Below, piece after piece: positions 13,880-30,200 of a DNA stretch of 64,000 bases; positions within the stretch are counted from its first letter, which is position 1, and every line of letters begins with the position of its first letter. Below the pieces are notes generated by a model. That model was given only the letters and a program-made list of their open reading frames with translations, was not told the DNA's origin and did not search any database. Origin of the DNA: the human T2T-CHM13v2.0 reference genome, Homo sapiens; NCBI RefSeq assembly GCF_009914755.1, contig NC_060932.1. One strand, given 5' to 3'. The translations under genes were made by a program, and so were the position numbers.

Positions 13880-14620
13880 TAGCTCTTGGATACTCCCTTC
13901 TGGTTTTTGTCCCTCCCCACCCTTGATTTTTTTTTGTCTCTGTGTTTCAATTTGGGTGATTTCTACAGATCTAACAAAATTTACTTATTCATTGGTTGTG
14001 TGGAGCCTGCTAATCAGCTCATTGAATGCGTTCTTCAACTTTGTTACTGTGTTTTACATTCCTAGCATTTCTATTGATTCTTTTTATCACTCTGCTGAAA
14101 TTAGCCATCTGATTTTACATGTGGTTCAACTTTTCCATTAGATCTTTTAACACATTAATCATAGTGATTTTAAATAATCTCCAGGTAGTTCTTATATCTG
14201 TGTCATATCTAAGTCTGGTTCAGGTAATTGTTTGGTCTTGTGGGAGTTTGTTGTTGTTGTTGTTTTGTTTTACCTTTTGTATACTTTGTTATTTTCCATT
14301 GAAAGCCAGCCATCCTATGAAGTAAGAAAAACTGAGGTAATAAAGAGTATTAATCTCAAAGCATAAAAACTATTTACCTCAGTCTTTCCTACTACATAGG
14401 ATGGCTGGCTTTCAACAGAAAATAACAAAGTATACAAAAGGTAAAACAAAACAACAACAACAACAAACTCCCACAAGACCAAACAATTATCTGAACCAGA
14501 CTTAGATATGACACAGATATAAGTTTTTATGCTTTGAGATTAATACTCTTCATCTTCTAGGCCATTAGTGTGGAGATTAGTGTTAATATAGTCAGGAATT
14601 GGGCTCTTTTCAACTTTCTT
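13880..14620 (-). mobile_element. L1M 5'/ORF1 region fragment containing a local inverted duplication
   Basis: ctaatcagctcattgaatgcgttcttca..ttcctagcatttctatt, tttccattagatcttttaacacattaatcatagt, gccattagtgtg; similar to the 5' part of the L1M at 48600-49000. Confidence 0.75.
14191..14523. repeat. Inverted repeat, 150-bp arms (14191-14340 and 14374-14523), 33-bp spacer
   Basis: Arms aligned by hand: 6 mismatches in 150, no gaps. Confidence 0.97.
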
Positions 14621-15560
14621 AAATCCCTGAGCTGAGATTGATGTCTCTTACCCTCTTTTTTTTTTTTTTAAATACAAGAGATTTTAAATCTGAGGTCTGT
14701 TGGTATTCAAGAAATCTTTAGAGCCTTTGAAATTGGTGTAAAATTTTGTGTGAATTCATAAATTCTTCATTGGTCCATGCTTTAAAGCAATGATTAACGT
14801 GATAAAAAATACCCTTGCTTTATAAAATCTTGAAATATTCACCCTACCATCGTCACCATTATCTAATGCTATCAAACACCCCAATCTTAAACTTGAATTG
14901 CTACTGCAAGTTCTTTGCCAAATTCTAGTAAAAATGAAGAATGAGGGTGAATTTGTAAATAATTAGGTCTGTGGATTCCCAACCACAAATTTCAGGAAGG
15001 TCTGCTGTACCATTTGTTAATTGCAAAAAATAACAAATCTGTAACCCCTATACAATGTAGGAGCCACATGGGTCACAGCTACTTATCACTTGCCTATTTG
15101 AAGGGCTGGTTGCTGGAACTGATCCAAAAACAACAGATAAGTGATGACTCCTCCTAGGACTCTTTCAGAAGATAAAGTTAAGGGAGTCCTTGATACCTTT
15201 GAGCTATAACTTTGCTTTTATAATGAAAGTTGTAGGAAAATACAATTTTCTTTGCCAAAATTGATATCATACAATATGTCAAAATCATTTGCTGTATAAT
15301 GTGAGATGGTTTTTAGAGTACTTAACTGAAATTTTTGGGAGAAAATTTTTGTGTTTTGTAAATTGTTAACCACTTTCTGATTTGTTTTCTTTTGGGAGGT
15401 AGGGATTATTACTTCTCTGTGAGCATTTTTACTTTTTATTTGCTGAATAACTTAATGACTTTTGTGTTTAAGAAATTACACCAAGAAAAGGAGAGGGTTA
15501 TTTGGTACCAGCCTAATGCAGTGTTTTATTACTTGCTGGGTGGTCATGAGGCTATGCCTC

Positions 15561-15951
15561 TCTTATGGGCTAAATTGTGTCCCTCACACCCACAACTGCC
15601 CCACCAAATTCATGTTCCATTGCTAATGCCTAATACTACTTGATTTGGAGATAGGGCCTTTAGAGAGGAAATTAAGGTAAAATGAGGTCATATGGGTGGG
15701 CCCTAATCCAAAGTGTGTCCTTATAAGAAGAGGAAATTAGGACGCAGATGCAGAGGGAAGAATGACTACGTGAGGACAGAGCAGAAAGGCAGCCATCTGC
15801 AGGGCAAGGAGTGAGGCTTCAGAAGAAACCAAATCTGCTGACACCTTGATCTTAGACTTCTATCATACAGAATTTTGAGAAACTAAATTTCTGTTGCTTA
15901 AGCTACCCAGCTTGTGATGTTTCATTATGGCAGCCCTAGCAAACTAATGCA
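15561..15951 (+). mobile_element. MLT1A/B-type solo LTR
   Basis: ttatgggctaaattgtgtccc start, aaggtaaaatgaggtcat, ctgctgacaccttgatcttagacttc, end ggcagccctagcaaactaatgca; flanks gcctc/gcctt fit a 5-bp TSD with 1 mismatch. Confidence 0.92.
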
Positions 15952-16151
15952 GCCTTAAATGTCATCTTGCTAGCCTGTTTCATTAATCGTTTTAAGAGAA
16001 ATATAATCGTTAAAAGATATTGACAATATTATTGACATTAGTGATAGTCAATATTCATTCTTCAGCTTGTATTGCATAATATGACTCTCCTTATGTTTAT
16101 TTTCTTTATGGGAACATGCATGTAATTGTATCTAGCCTCTCGGTTTTCTAG

Positions 16152-16233
16152 GGAGATCTCTGTAAAATGACCACAACATGCATTAACATTTTTAAAGAAA
16201 ACTTCATCTCAAATGAGAGAAATGCACACTTCG
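16152..16233 (+). other. Candidate exon (82 nt)
   Basis: Acceptor ctctcggttttctag|G and donor TCG|gtaagc; no transcript evidence available. Confidence 0.35.
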
Positions 16234-16474
16234 GTAAGCTCTGAGAATAAGGTCATACATTACACAGATATTATGAAGCTGAAATTACTTTAATCTGGTA
16301 CATTGTCAATATTTCACAATGTTTGTGGCAATATTGTGAAATTTATAGAGCATTGTAGTAACTGTCCAGAGTTAAAATGTTTCCAGCATATACATACTGG
16401 GCATTCGTTGACTTTTTTATAAATGATGTATCATTGATTCATAAAATTAAACCACTAAAAAGACATAGTGATGC

Positions 16475-16710
16475 AGTAGGGTGTAGAGGCCAATAGCATA
16501 TACTTTGATGATGGCACGAACTGGGTTTGAGTCCTGGTTCTGCCACTTGTATGACTTTTGTGCATGGTATTATTAATGGCTTTTAAGCCGCAGTTTCTTC
16601 ATCTGCAAAATGGAGATTATTATACAGCATTGTGAAGCTCAGTAAGATAATGTATATTAAGTACTTGGCAAGTTGTAGGTGCTCAATAATTATTAGCTAT
16701 CATTATCATC
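16475..16710 (+). mobile_element. MIR SINE
   Basis: ctgggtttgagtcctggttctgccactt, cagtttcttcatctgcaaaatggag, taggtgctcaataa. Confidence 0.9.
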
Positions 16711-16963
16711 ATGAGCAGCAGCAGTGTTAATAAATGCTGAAAAGGTGTTAACCCAAAGGAAAACAGAGGAAAATGTCAGAGATGACCTCAGTTGCATAAT
16801 TAACCAGCATTATCAGGTTAGGCTTTTATAAACGCAGCATCAGCATTAAACTTGATACCTTTAATTTTCATGGCTCAGTAGAGGAAAATTAAGTTATAAG
16901 AACGTATTTCTCGACTGACATCCTTAAACCAAGCTTTCACGGAAACTTTTTATTTCCTTTCAG

Positions 16964-17021
16964 GAAGAAGCAGCCTGCTCAATATCTATATAGATCTCTA
17001 TTGCAATGAAAATTGTCAAGG
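16964..17021 (+). other. Candidate exon (58 nt)
   Basis: Strong acceptor tttttatttcctttcag|G, upstream ctgac branch-like motif, donor AGG|gtgagt. Confidence 0.45.
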
Positions 17022-18029
17022 GTGAGTGCGTTTAAAAATTACAGAAAAATAAAGGTTATAATATTGTTCTATCTTTTATAGGACAAGTAAAATATATGGT
17101 CATGACAGTAAATGCCACACCTATAATTAAGTCTCTGGGCAGCTGGATAGGAAAAGATATAACTAAAAAGTGTCTTACTTATAGTCAATCTAAGGGTGTC
17201 TAATCAGGATACTGTACTTTCTGTTAAACAGGATGTTGTGAACCAGATAACATGAATAGTTTCTAAGGTAGGATATTTAATTACACAGGAAATATTTACA
17301 AGAGAAGTATGCATCCCAGTGTCTTCTCTTCCTTATTGAATGAGTCATGATCTAGGAGACCGTACACTGGCCATTTTAATTTAACTCCTCATTTGCCTTT
17401 TTGTTCAGGATGTCATTGAATGACATAATTTACATATCACCACTGACAGAAATGTTGTTTCAATCTCAGCTTCTCTTCAAGCTATACTAACAGGATTTAT
17501 TGAGCTGTGTTTTGAGTCTAGTGTGGTGCTTGATGCTGTGAAACATAGTCCTCCTAAGGCTTATTTTTCTCTCTGTAGGAAAATGATCCAAGAACAGGGT
17601 GACAACTTTATATTTTTGAGCTAGTAATTCTGGCTGGGTCAGTATATTAAGAAGTCTAGTACAGTTTGCCTATATTTACTGTCATAGTACAAGGGACTTG
17701 TTCTGAATTTTGTAGACACCATTACTTAGATGAGGGTTTCCAGATGACTCCTCAGAAATGAGCATCCAGGGGTCAAGGAGGCATGAGAGAAACAATTTAA
17801 TTGAAAATTGGCAGTAAAAATATTGTCAGCCTGGAGAAGGAATTAGATCAATTAAATATGAGAGGGCATTCATCATTCTGAGTCATTGTAAACCAGTTGA
17901 ATTAATAGTATACATTCCTTTCCACACAATGCAATAGTTTTTACCTTTGAAATCATAACATGAAAGGTGCCTTGCTTGCTATAGTATCCTTAATTTTCAA
18001 AGTTTATTCGCAGTTTTTTTCTTTTTAAT

Positions 18030-18607
18030 TTTGGCCGAAGGTTGTACTCTAAGGTGACTCCCCACAAGTAATGCCCTTGTAAAATCCCTCTCTCCTGAGT
18101 AAAAGTGGATGGAGCCTGTGACTTGCTTCTAACCAATAGAATGTGACCGAGGAGTTGGGATGTTACTTTCCTTGACTGAGTTACATCACGCAAGACTCTA
18201 TTTTAGTAGAATGGAGTGAGAGGTTCTCCTGATGGCATTAAAGAAGTAAACAGCATTTTGTAAGGTATTTACTGAGAGAGGCTGCATGGCAAGGAACTGC
18301 ATGCAGGTAGCCTCTAGGACCTGTGGGCAACCTTTAGCAGATAGCCAGTGAGAAAATGGGGCCCTCAGCCATATAGCCACAAAGGAATGAATTTTGCCAA
18401 TAACCTTACTGAGCTTCTTCAGTTAAGCCACCAGATGAGAACAAAGCCTGGATATTGCCTTTATTTATTGTCCTGAGATCCTGAGTAGAGGAACCTGCTA
18501 AGCCATGCCCAGACTCCTGACTTACAGAAACTGTGGGATAATAAATACATATTGATTTAGCCACTAAGTTCATGGCAAGTGTTATGCAGCAATAGACACA
18601 TGAAATA
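18030..18607 (+). mobile_element. MLT1E/F-type solo LTR
   Basis: cctgtgacttgcttctaaccaatagaat, catggcaaggaactg, gctaagccatgcccagactcctgac..cagaaactgtgggataataaa..tagccactaagt..gttatgcagcaataga. Confidence 0.88.
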
Positions 18608-18869
18608 GTAGCAAATAGTGAATGAGATACCTAGCCTTAATTCAAAGGCATCCTTATGCAAAAATTGTTTTTTTTTGTTGTTGCTCTTTATTTATTTTAC
18701 TTTAAGTTCCAGGATACATGCACAGAATGTGCAGGTTTGTTACAGGTATATGTGTGCCATGGTGGTTTGCTGCACCTATTGACCCATCCTCTAAGTTCCC
18801 TCCCCTCGTCCCTCACCCCTGACAGGCCCTGGTATGTGTTGTTCCCCTCCCTGTGTCCAGGTGTTCTCA

Positions 18870-22498
<3,629 letters not shown>

Positions 22499-22559
22499 CA
22501 TGATGCTGTCTGGTTATTTTGCACACTAGTTGATGCAGTTTCTTCATAGTGTCATTGGT

Positions 22560-23576
22560 TTTTATATTTTGTTATGTTATTGCAGTGGCTGGTACCTAAT
22601 TTTCCTTTCCATATTTAGTGCTTCTTTCAGAAGCTCTTGCAAGGCAGGCCTGGTGGTAATGAAATCCCTCAGCATTTGCTTGTCTGGAAAGGATTTTATT
22701 TCTTTTTCACTTGTGAAGCTCAGTTTGGCTGGATATAAATTCTGAGTTGAAAGTTCTTTTCAGACTGTTGAATATTGGCCTCCAGTCTCTTCTGGCTGAT
22801 AGAGTTTCTGCTGAGAGGTCTGCTGTTAGTCTGATGAGCTTCCCTTTGTAGGTGACCTGGCCTTTCTCTGGCTGCCCTTAACATTTTTTCCTGCATTTCG
22901 ACCTTGGAGAATCTGATGACTATGTGTCTTGGCATTGATCTTCTCATGGAGTATCTTAGTTGTGTTCTCTGTGTTTCCTGAATTTGCATATTGACCTGTC
23001 TTGATAGGTTGGGGAAGTTCTCCCAGATAACATTCTGAAGTGTGTTTTCCAACTTGTTTCCATTCTCCCTATCTCCTTCTGGTAATCCAGTCAATTGTAG
23101 GGTTGGTCTTTTTATGAAGTCCCATATTTCTTAGAGGCTTTCTTCATTCCTTTTCATTCTTTTTTCTCTAATCTTGTCTGCATGCCTTATTTCAGCAAGG
23201 TGGTCTTCAAACTCTGACATCCTTTCTTCCGCTTGGTTGATTTGGCTATTGATACTTGTGTATGCTTCATGAAGTTATCATGCTATGCTGTGTTTTTCAG
23301 CTCCATCAGGTCATTTATGTTCCTCTGTAAACTGGTTATTCTAGTTAGTAGCTCCTCTAACTGTTTATCAAGGTTCTTATCTTCTTCGCATTGGGTTAGA
23401 ATATGTTTCTTTAGCTCAGCGAAGTTTTTTATTATCCATCTTCTGAAGCCCACTTCTGTCAATTCATCCATTTCATCTTCCGTCCAGTTCTGCACCCTTG
23501 CTGGAGAGGCGTTGTGATCATCTGGAGGAGAAGAGGCACTCTGACCTTTTGGCCTGTTTCATTGAATCTTTCTCAT
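22560..23576 (-). pseudogene. Disrupted L1 ORF1 (RNA-binding coiled-coil protein)
   Basis: Fragments QNWTEDEMDELTEVGFRRW, SLQRNINDLMELKNTA, ENFPNLSRQVNMQIQE, PRHIVIRFSKVEM. Confidence 0.93.
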
Positions 23577-24219
23577 CTTCGTGAGTTTGTCTAGTTTCAA
23601 TCTTTGAGGCTGTTGACCCTTAGATAGGTTTTTTGTGGGGACATTTTCTTTGTTGTCAACGCTGTTGTTGTTGCTTTCTGTTTGTTGATTTTTCTTTCAA
23701 TGGTCAGGTCCCTCTTCTGTGGGGCTGCTGCAATTTGCTGGGGATTCATTTTAGGCCCTATTCAGCTGGTTTGCTCCCACACCTGGAGATGTCACTCAGG
23801 GAGGCCAGAGAACAGCAAAGATGGGTGCCTGCTCCTTCTTCTGGGATCTCTGACCTTGAGGGGCACCAACCTGATGCCAGCAGTATTGTTCCTGTATAGG
23901 GTGTCTCGTGAGTGGGATCTTCCGATCCGTGGGTTGCAGAGTTCTGTGGAATAAGCATGATTTCCCTAGGTGGATAACATGCTCACTCACTGCTTCCCTT
24001 GGCTGGGGGGTGGGGGCTCCCCTGCCCATGTGGCTCTCAGGTGGGCCACCACACCACACTGCTCTTCATTCCTCTCTGTGGATCATGCCAGCTGCCTAGT
24101 TCGTTCTGATGAGAGAACCTGGATACAAGCTATATATGGTTCTTTTGATGGGAGCCTCTGATCACCACTGTTTCTAGTTGGCCATCTTGAACCCATCCCC
24201 TCAAAATTGTTTTTATTAG

Positions 24220-24475
24220 ATTAAAAAATTTTATTTTATACTAACATTATTGTGGTATAATTTATGTAAAATAAAATATATCCATTTCAAATGTACAGGG
24301 TAGTGGGTTTTGACAAATGTATAGTCAGTCTCCTCCTATCCTGCCCCAGGTAACTACTGCTCTGATTACTATTTGTATTAATTTTGAAGTTCTAGAACTT
24401 AAAATGAATGGAACCACCCAGTATGTTCTCTCTTGTGCCCCTCTTCTTTTCCTCAGCATTATCTATTTTGTTTCA
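24220..24475 (-). mobile_element. Old L1M 3' end fragment
   Basis: attgtggtataattt..ccatttcaaatgtacag..gttttgacaaatgtata..ccccaggtaactactgctctga..gttctagaactt. Confidence 0.7.
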
Positions 24476-24667
24476 ATTTTTAAAATTGCTATTTAAATAA
24501 TCAAAGACTACAATTTCATGATTCTCTTCTCTCCCAAATATTCTATTTATTTCCCCTCATTCATAATATATAAATCAGAAAGATACGTAGTGTTCCTATT
24601 TTAAGGGCTTTTATAATATAAAATAATATGGAAGAACAATCATTAAATCGGGTATCTAGATAGATGG

Positions 24668-24693
24668 ACACACACAACACACACACACACACA
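24668..24693. repeat. Interrupted (CA)n microsatellite
   Basis: Directly visible. Confidence 0.9.
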
Positions 24694-25409
24694 TAAATGG
24701 AATTGTCCAAATGATCAAGAATTGTTTGCTTTTTTAAAAAACAAATCTCAAGATGATTGGCTTCTGTTTGGAAAGAAAAGCAGTATACATTTTTAATATT
24801 CTTAAGAAAATCAGGTCCGTGAGTATTCTCAGTGTAAAGGAAACTTGGGACCAGCTTGTTGAGGACCCTAAAGGCTCAGCTGAAGAATTTGAAATGTATC
24901 TGAGAGTAAATAGAGAATTTTAAAGTTTTAAAGGGCTTTGCTGGTCAGCATCATGTCAGAATAGACAACAGCAACAGCACAAGTGGGGAGGCTCTCACCA
25001 TTCCATTCTATACACATAATACATGCAGGACATTGGGGTCAACTGATGAGGCTCAAAAAGGTATGATGCACAGTTTCTGCTGTCATGTAGCCTAGAATTT
25101 AGTAGATGGATAGCTCTATGCATTGAATAATAATATAAAATATGATCCAGTTACTAAAAGAGTCAAATTAATGTTCAGTAAAAGGTCAGACAGCAGGAAA
25201 ATAGTTCAGACAAAGCACATGAGAAAGGTGTTTATAGAATAAGGGACTTCTTAAGACCAAGGAAAAAGGGTAGATATAGTTAAGAGGAATGGAGAGATTA
25301 TTCTAGGCTGAGCATCATCTAACCCAAAGGTGGAGCCTTATATGATGTATACAGGACATGAAAGGTAGATGAACTTGGCTGAAATTGAGAGTTGGTAGAG
25401 AGAAGAGTA

Positions 25410-25526
25410 AGAATCTCATTTCCATAAGGGCAGAGATTTGGTTTATCTTGCTACCTCTTCTATTCTCAGTACCAAGAACAGTAGCTGGCATCAACAAATC
25501 ATTGGTAAATGAGTGAATGAATGAAA
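25410..25526 (+). mobile_element. L2 3' end fragment
   Basis: tccataagggcagagatttggtttatcttg..cagtaccaagaacagtagctggca..aaatgagtgaatgaatgaa. Confidence 0.7.
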
Positions 25527-25597
25527 ACATGGAGGAGTAAAGGTGGGAAATGTATAGAGTAGATAAAAGAAAACCTTGACAGTCTTACTTATGTAAA

Positions 25598-26040
25598 TGT
25601 ATCAGTCAAGATTCTTCATTTCCAGCAACAGGGGCTGACTCTGACTGATTATGCCCATCCATTGGGTTGCTCACAGGATTGTTGCAAATGCTAGGAATCA
25701 GACAGGAAATTAAGCTACCAAGAACAGAACCATGTTGCAGAGCTGGTCTTATAAAGAAACTTCTGCCTCCTCTGTGACCTTACTGAACCTAAAAGCCACT
25801 GCTTTTGCCCACCCTCTGTTCCATTTCTGCACCAGAAACTTCACTTTACAACTTCTGGGAAACCAACATTACTGTTGCCATCACCAAAAATTGAGTGTCT
25901 CAATCACCAGAAAGAAATGGAAGCTTTATACAGAGCGTGTTCACTCCCAAATCAAACTGTTATGTAAGTGTATCAGATTACACTTATCAGCAGCTTATCC
26001 AGCTGCTTCCTATCTGCAAAGAGACTGGAACTTTTAGATC
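25598..26040 (-). mobile_element. Old MLT1-type LTR
   Basis: tgtatcagtcaagattcttcatttccagcaacag.. and ..tatctgcaaaagagactggaa resemble the reverse strand of old MLT1 LTRs. Confidence 0.55.
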
Positions 26041-26179
26041 TGACTTCTATGTCAGGGAGGCAGAACACACGATGCAGAGTTTTTCCAAAAATAGGAAGTC
26101 CATTCAACATATAAAGGGCAGTTATGAATATAACAGATGTTTGCTGCTCAGTGGATTGGTAGGCAGCAGGGAAATCAAA

Positions 26180-27030
26180 GCACAAACTAAATGTCTATTG
26201 TGTTGGTTTAGCAAGGTGAATCTGACAATATCAAGATGGACATACATGTGCATTCAGATACAGGAGCTCAGTTGAGAAGCCCCACTGGATAACTATTTGG
26301 TTATCTCAGGCATCAGGTAAACTGCACTTGCCATAGGGTGGTAGCTATGGAAGTTTTAAGGGCATGATGAAATAAGGAGATGTAGGAGACTTTATAATAA
26401 AGGGGGAGAAAATGAAAGAGAAGAGTCAGTAGTGACACCATGGTGTTTAGATTCAGAGAATGATCTTTCTATAATTGAAACAAGAATGTCAAAGAAAGAA
26501 GAGTTTAGGGTAGGAAATATCTCATTTGGGGTGATGTCATCTCTTTCCTCTACTGTAAGTATGAGAGCAGGAACTGTGTTTTTCATGTTTGAATCTCAGA
26601 AATCTAGTATTAGGTGGCAGATGGTAGTTGCTCATTGAACATTTGTTAAATAAGGGTGTTGAATGGTAATACACAAAGAAACTGGAGACCAGGGAGAGGA
26701 CAGGACTGGAAAAAACAATCTGTGAATCATTCACATGGGTAGATAAAGCCCAGAAACTCTGGGTAATCTCTTGGGGGAGAAAAGCCAATTACTAAGTGAT
26801 GAACCTTAGGAGAGATACACAGTTAGAAATAGAAGCAAGAAAAGAAGCCAACAGAGCAGACTCATAAAGAGGAGATCAAAGAAGCAGGGGGAGAGCCTAG
26901 AGTGAGTGATTGCATACAGTCTTTTGTGCTTAAGATAAGAACACTTTTCAGGGGGATAAAAGTAGGTAGCAGTTGCTCATGCTGCTGCAAATCAGAGAAG
27001 AAGATCTGAGAAGTGAGTTCAGTGGCTCGA
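26180..27030 (-). mobile_element. L2 fragments (a separate plus-strand L2 tail lies at about 26545-26650)
   Basis: Purine-rich L2-like text (gagtcagtagtgacaccatggtgttt, gaaacaagaatgtcaaagaaag); tail ctgtaagtatgagagcaggaactgtg..ctcattgaacatttgttaaat. Confidence 0.55.
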
Positions 27031-27178
27031 AGTTATTTTCTTAAAATTTTAACTTAATGCCTATGAATGTCATTAAAAGTACATCAAACTGGAAAAAAAT
27101 TCTAATGGTGAAACACACACACCTATACACACATACACAAGAGCAAGGTAGAACAGGACTTAAATTTAAGAAGTTCTA

Positions 27179-27180
<2 letters not shown>

Positions 27181-27231
<51 letters not shown>
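27181..27231. repeat. (TG)25 pure microsatellite
   Basis: Directly visible; long alternating purine-pyrimidine tract. Confidence 0.98.
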
Positions 27232-27235
<4 letters not shown>

Positions 27236-30200
27236 TTCTCATCCCCTCACTATTAGCATTGGAAGCCTTTTCTTCAAGACTCAGATTAAATATCCCACCT
27301 CCCCCAGGTAGTTTTCCCTATCACTTCAACAGAATGATCCTAATCTAGAACTGTGCTTAATATGTAGCAAGTGCTTTTTTTTTAATTCCCATAGATTTCA
27401 CAACAAAATATGTGAATTTTTAATCTCTCTTTACTAGGCGGCACCCCTGCTTCAGGTGGCCAAAATAGAGGACAGGCAATTGTACTACCGATTGTCAGTA
27501 GGAGAACCAGAGAATAAAGGTGCTATTTTTTTATTTGATTCAGATGTGAGATAAGAAAGATTTGAAAACATGCAGTCACAACAGGCTTTCTGTCCCTCAC
27601 CTAGACCAGCCAAAGACTCCACCACCTAGGGAGTAACAGGAGTGATGGAAAGGAAGCAATGACTTACATTTGTCCTATTTCTGTGATCCCAGATGGATTT
27701 GAAGAAATCAGTAAGGAGAGGGAGAAAGGTCTCCTTGCTCCCACAGAAATATATTGAGATATGATTTAGGAACAACAGAACAGAGATGCCTGTTGAGTCT
27801 GCTAGGGCAGAGTGAGTACTTGCTGACAACCCCAGGTCTCCTGGGGTCCCAGAAGGATGTGGGAGAAAGCAGTCAGCCTTCCCTGCACTCATGAGAAACT
27901 AGTTGAGACAGAGATAGTGAGAAAGCATGTTTGAGCAAGTATGCGTGCACCTGTGGGGGTGCACCTATGGATGGACAGAGGGTCTCTGCTGAGCAACAGC
28001 AGCACAGAGCAAAAGAAGCCAGTTGGCGACTGCTTTAGAATGTGGCAATATGCCAATCAATTGCTTGTGTGGAAGGGGACACACCTAAGGATCAGACTGG
28101 AGCAGGAGACCAGCACAGGGCTGAGGTAGATCGAGGTGGAGAAGTTACCCATAATCTGTGTTCACGTAGGTCACCGGAGCATAGCCTTCACTCCAAGGGA
28201 CAGGGAAGCTGTTATGGAACCTTGAATGTCAGTGAATTTTAAAACCAGAATGAGCAAAAAGACATTGAATTTTATAAACCTGTTTGGAAGGGACTAGATT
28301 AAGTTTTCTGTATCAGTGAGAAGACAGGCTGAAGCTCTGGGAAGGTAAACTTCTATTTTGCAGATATTAGTTTATTGATTGACTGTGTGATTAGAAAATT
28401 CACACCCATCAGAGGCTGATTAGTCCCATCCACACAGAATTTCCTAGATTACCCTTTATCTCTGGTATTTACATGACATAATGTCAGCAGTTTCTGACTT
28501 AATCATCCAGATTGTCACAAGAGGGCATATCATTCATCTGGACAGAACAGAGGTCAGTGGGCATTGGAATAGCCCAGATAATGAAGATAAGTGCTCATAG
28601 AAGGGACAAAGTCATCAAGGTTAGGTGAGGAGCTTAGGAACATCATCAGAAGATGCAGGGGCTCCTTGGCAACCAGTTGTAACAAAAGCAAGTAGTGTCT
28701 GGGTACCTGACCAAGGGATGAGAGTCAGACAGGTGGAATTCTGCAGTAGGAGAGGCTCCTAAAAGCCAATTGTCAGAATTCCCTTCAATAAGTAGACATT
28801 TTCTACATCATGTATCTCTAATCTGGATCATGTGTTGAGATCTGTATTCCAGGGGAAGAACTTTGTACGTTGGGTGAACCTTCTAGAGAAAGTCAGTTTT
28901 AAGGGTATATTATTATGAGTATACTATTATGAAGTATAATAGACATAGATGGTTAAGGAATTTGTCAGGGTGTGTCTGCTAACTGCCACACAAGAAGTAA
29001 TGAGCAAATCTAGCTTGATGTTGAGTCATGGCCCCCTACTTTATTTCTCCTGGATAAGAATAAGGTTAGCCTTACAGTCTGGGGTATAGGTGAGCCTGTA
29101 CCTGATGAATAAGTGGCCCCAGTTCTATGATGGTCATGACCAATTTTTATCATTAGCCACCCTTATTTCCATCCTAGCCCCTTGAATGCTGTGAAACTTT
29201 GGCAATGCCCTTCCAACATCGAGCCACCCTTTATGTTTTGTCCTGAATCTTCATCAGCCACACTTTTTCACAGCTCACATTCTGCCACCTCATCCTCCTG
29301 AGGTCCAAGGTTCTGTTCCCTTTCGTGGTGGCTTCCCGGAGACAGTCATAGAGCTCTAGAGCGCTGATAGTGTGGTATTGCATGATCATACTGCTGAAGG
29401 AAATTTTTGGACTGATCTATATGCTAATATGTATTTGAGAAAATTATAGAAAATTTAATGTTGTCTTTAAATTACCTTCAGAAGAAACCTCAACACAAAA
29501 TGTTCCCTCCCGGACGTCCATCAAATTTTCAGTCTTGTCTTCTGTTCTATCAAGTCTGCATCTATCATCAAGACCCAGGAAGCTCCACCTGCTCTTACTC
29601 AACTACTAAAGTCCTCTAAACAAACAAGGAAGAAGGTCCTGAAGTTTCATTCATGGGATAAAGAAAAAATTCTTCCTATTCTAGGTTGATTTTGCTAGCG
29701 CCACTGAGTGGTAATAGCTTAAAAAATTGTTTCTGGGCTGTCAATTACAAATGAAGCTTAGTGAGAACTTTTGTTTAAAAGTTGTACATTCCAATGTTAA
29801 TATGGTGCTTCTTAGAAAAGCAGCTGCCTTTTATGGATTTTGAAAAGCAACTTAGTTTTATCAAAGGTTCCTCTTTCATGTTCTCTGATTGCTAAGCTAT
29901 ATGAGTTAACCAAAGATAACTAAGCATTAACCCATGTTGCCTTTTGTTTTTTATCTTCTTTTGAAATCCCATGAGTTTAGCTAAGTACATTAAATGGAGC
30001 ATAAATCTTTACGTTGTTTTCATTAAGTCACATATTTGGAATATATATCCAAGACTATTTGATCAATTGTAAAATATTAGCTGCTGCACTGAAGATTTGT
30101 GACACGAATTTTAACAAGTGAACAAACATTTCAGAAGCACAGTGAAAATCACTGGCTGGGCAGCATGGATAAATTACAACACTTGGGATTTAGACTATTT

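Noticed and set aside
14191-14523. Palindrome read as a pre-miRNA or MITE
   Set aside because: The arms are L1-derived, there is no TSD, and the spacer is a copy of the flank, which fits a template-switch duplication better.
27600-28750. Purine-rich segment that may be a very old LTR (similarly 160-410 and 34200-34800)
   Set aside because: Too degenerate to assign a family or boundaries by eye.
29696-29714. CTCF-like motif (minus strand CCACTCAGTGGCGCTA)
   Set aside because: Two mismatches at the core AG positions of CCASYAGRKGGCRS; not supportable without ChIP data.
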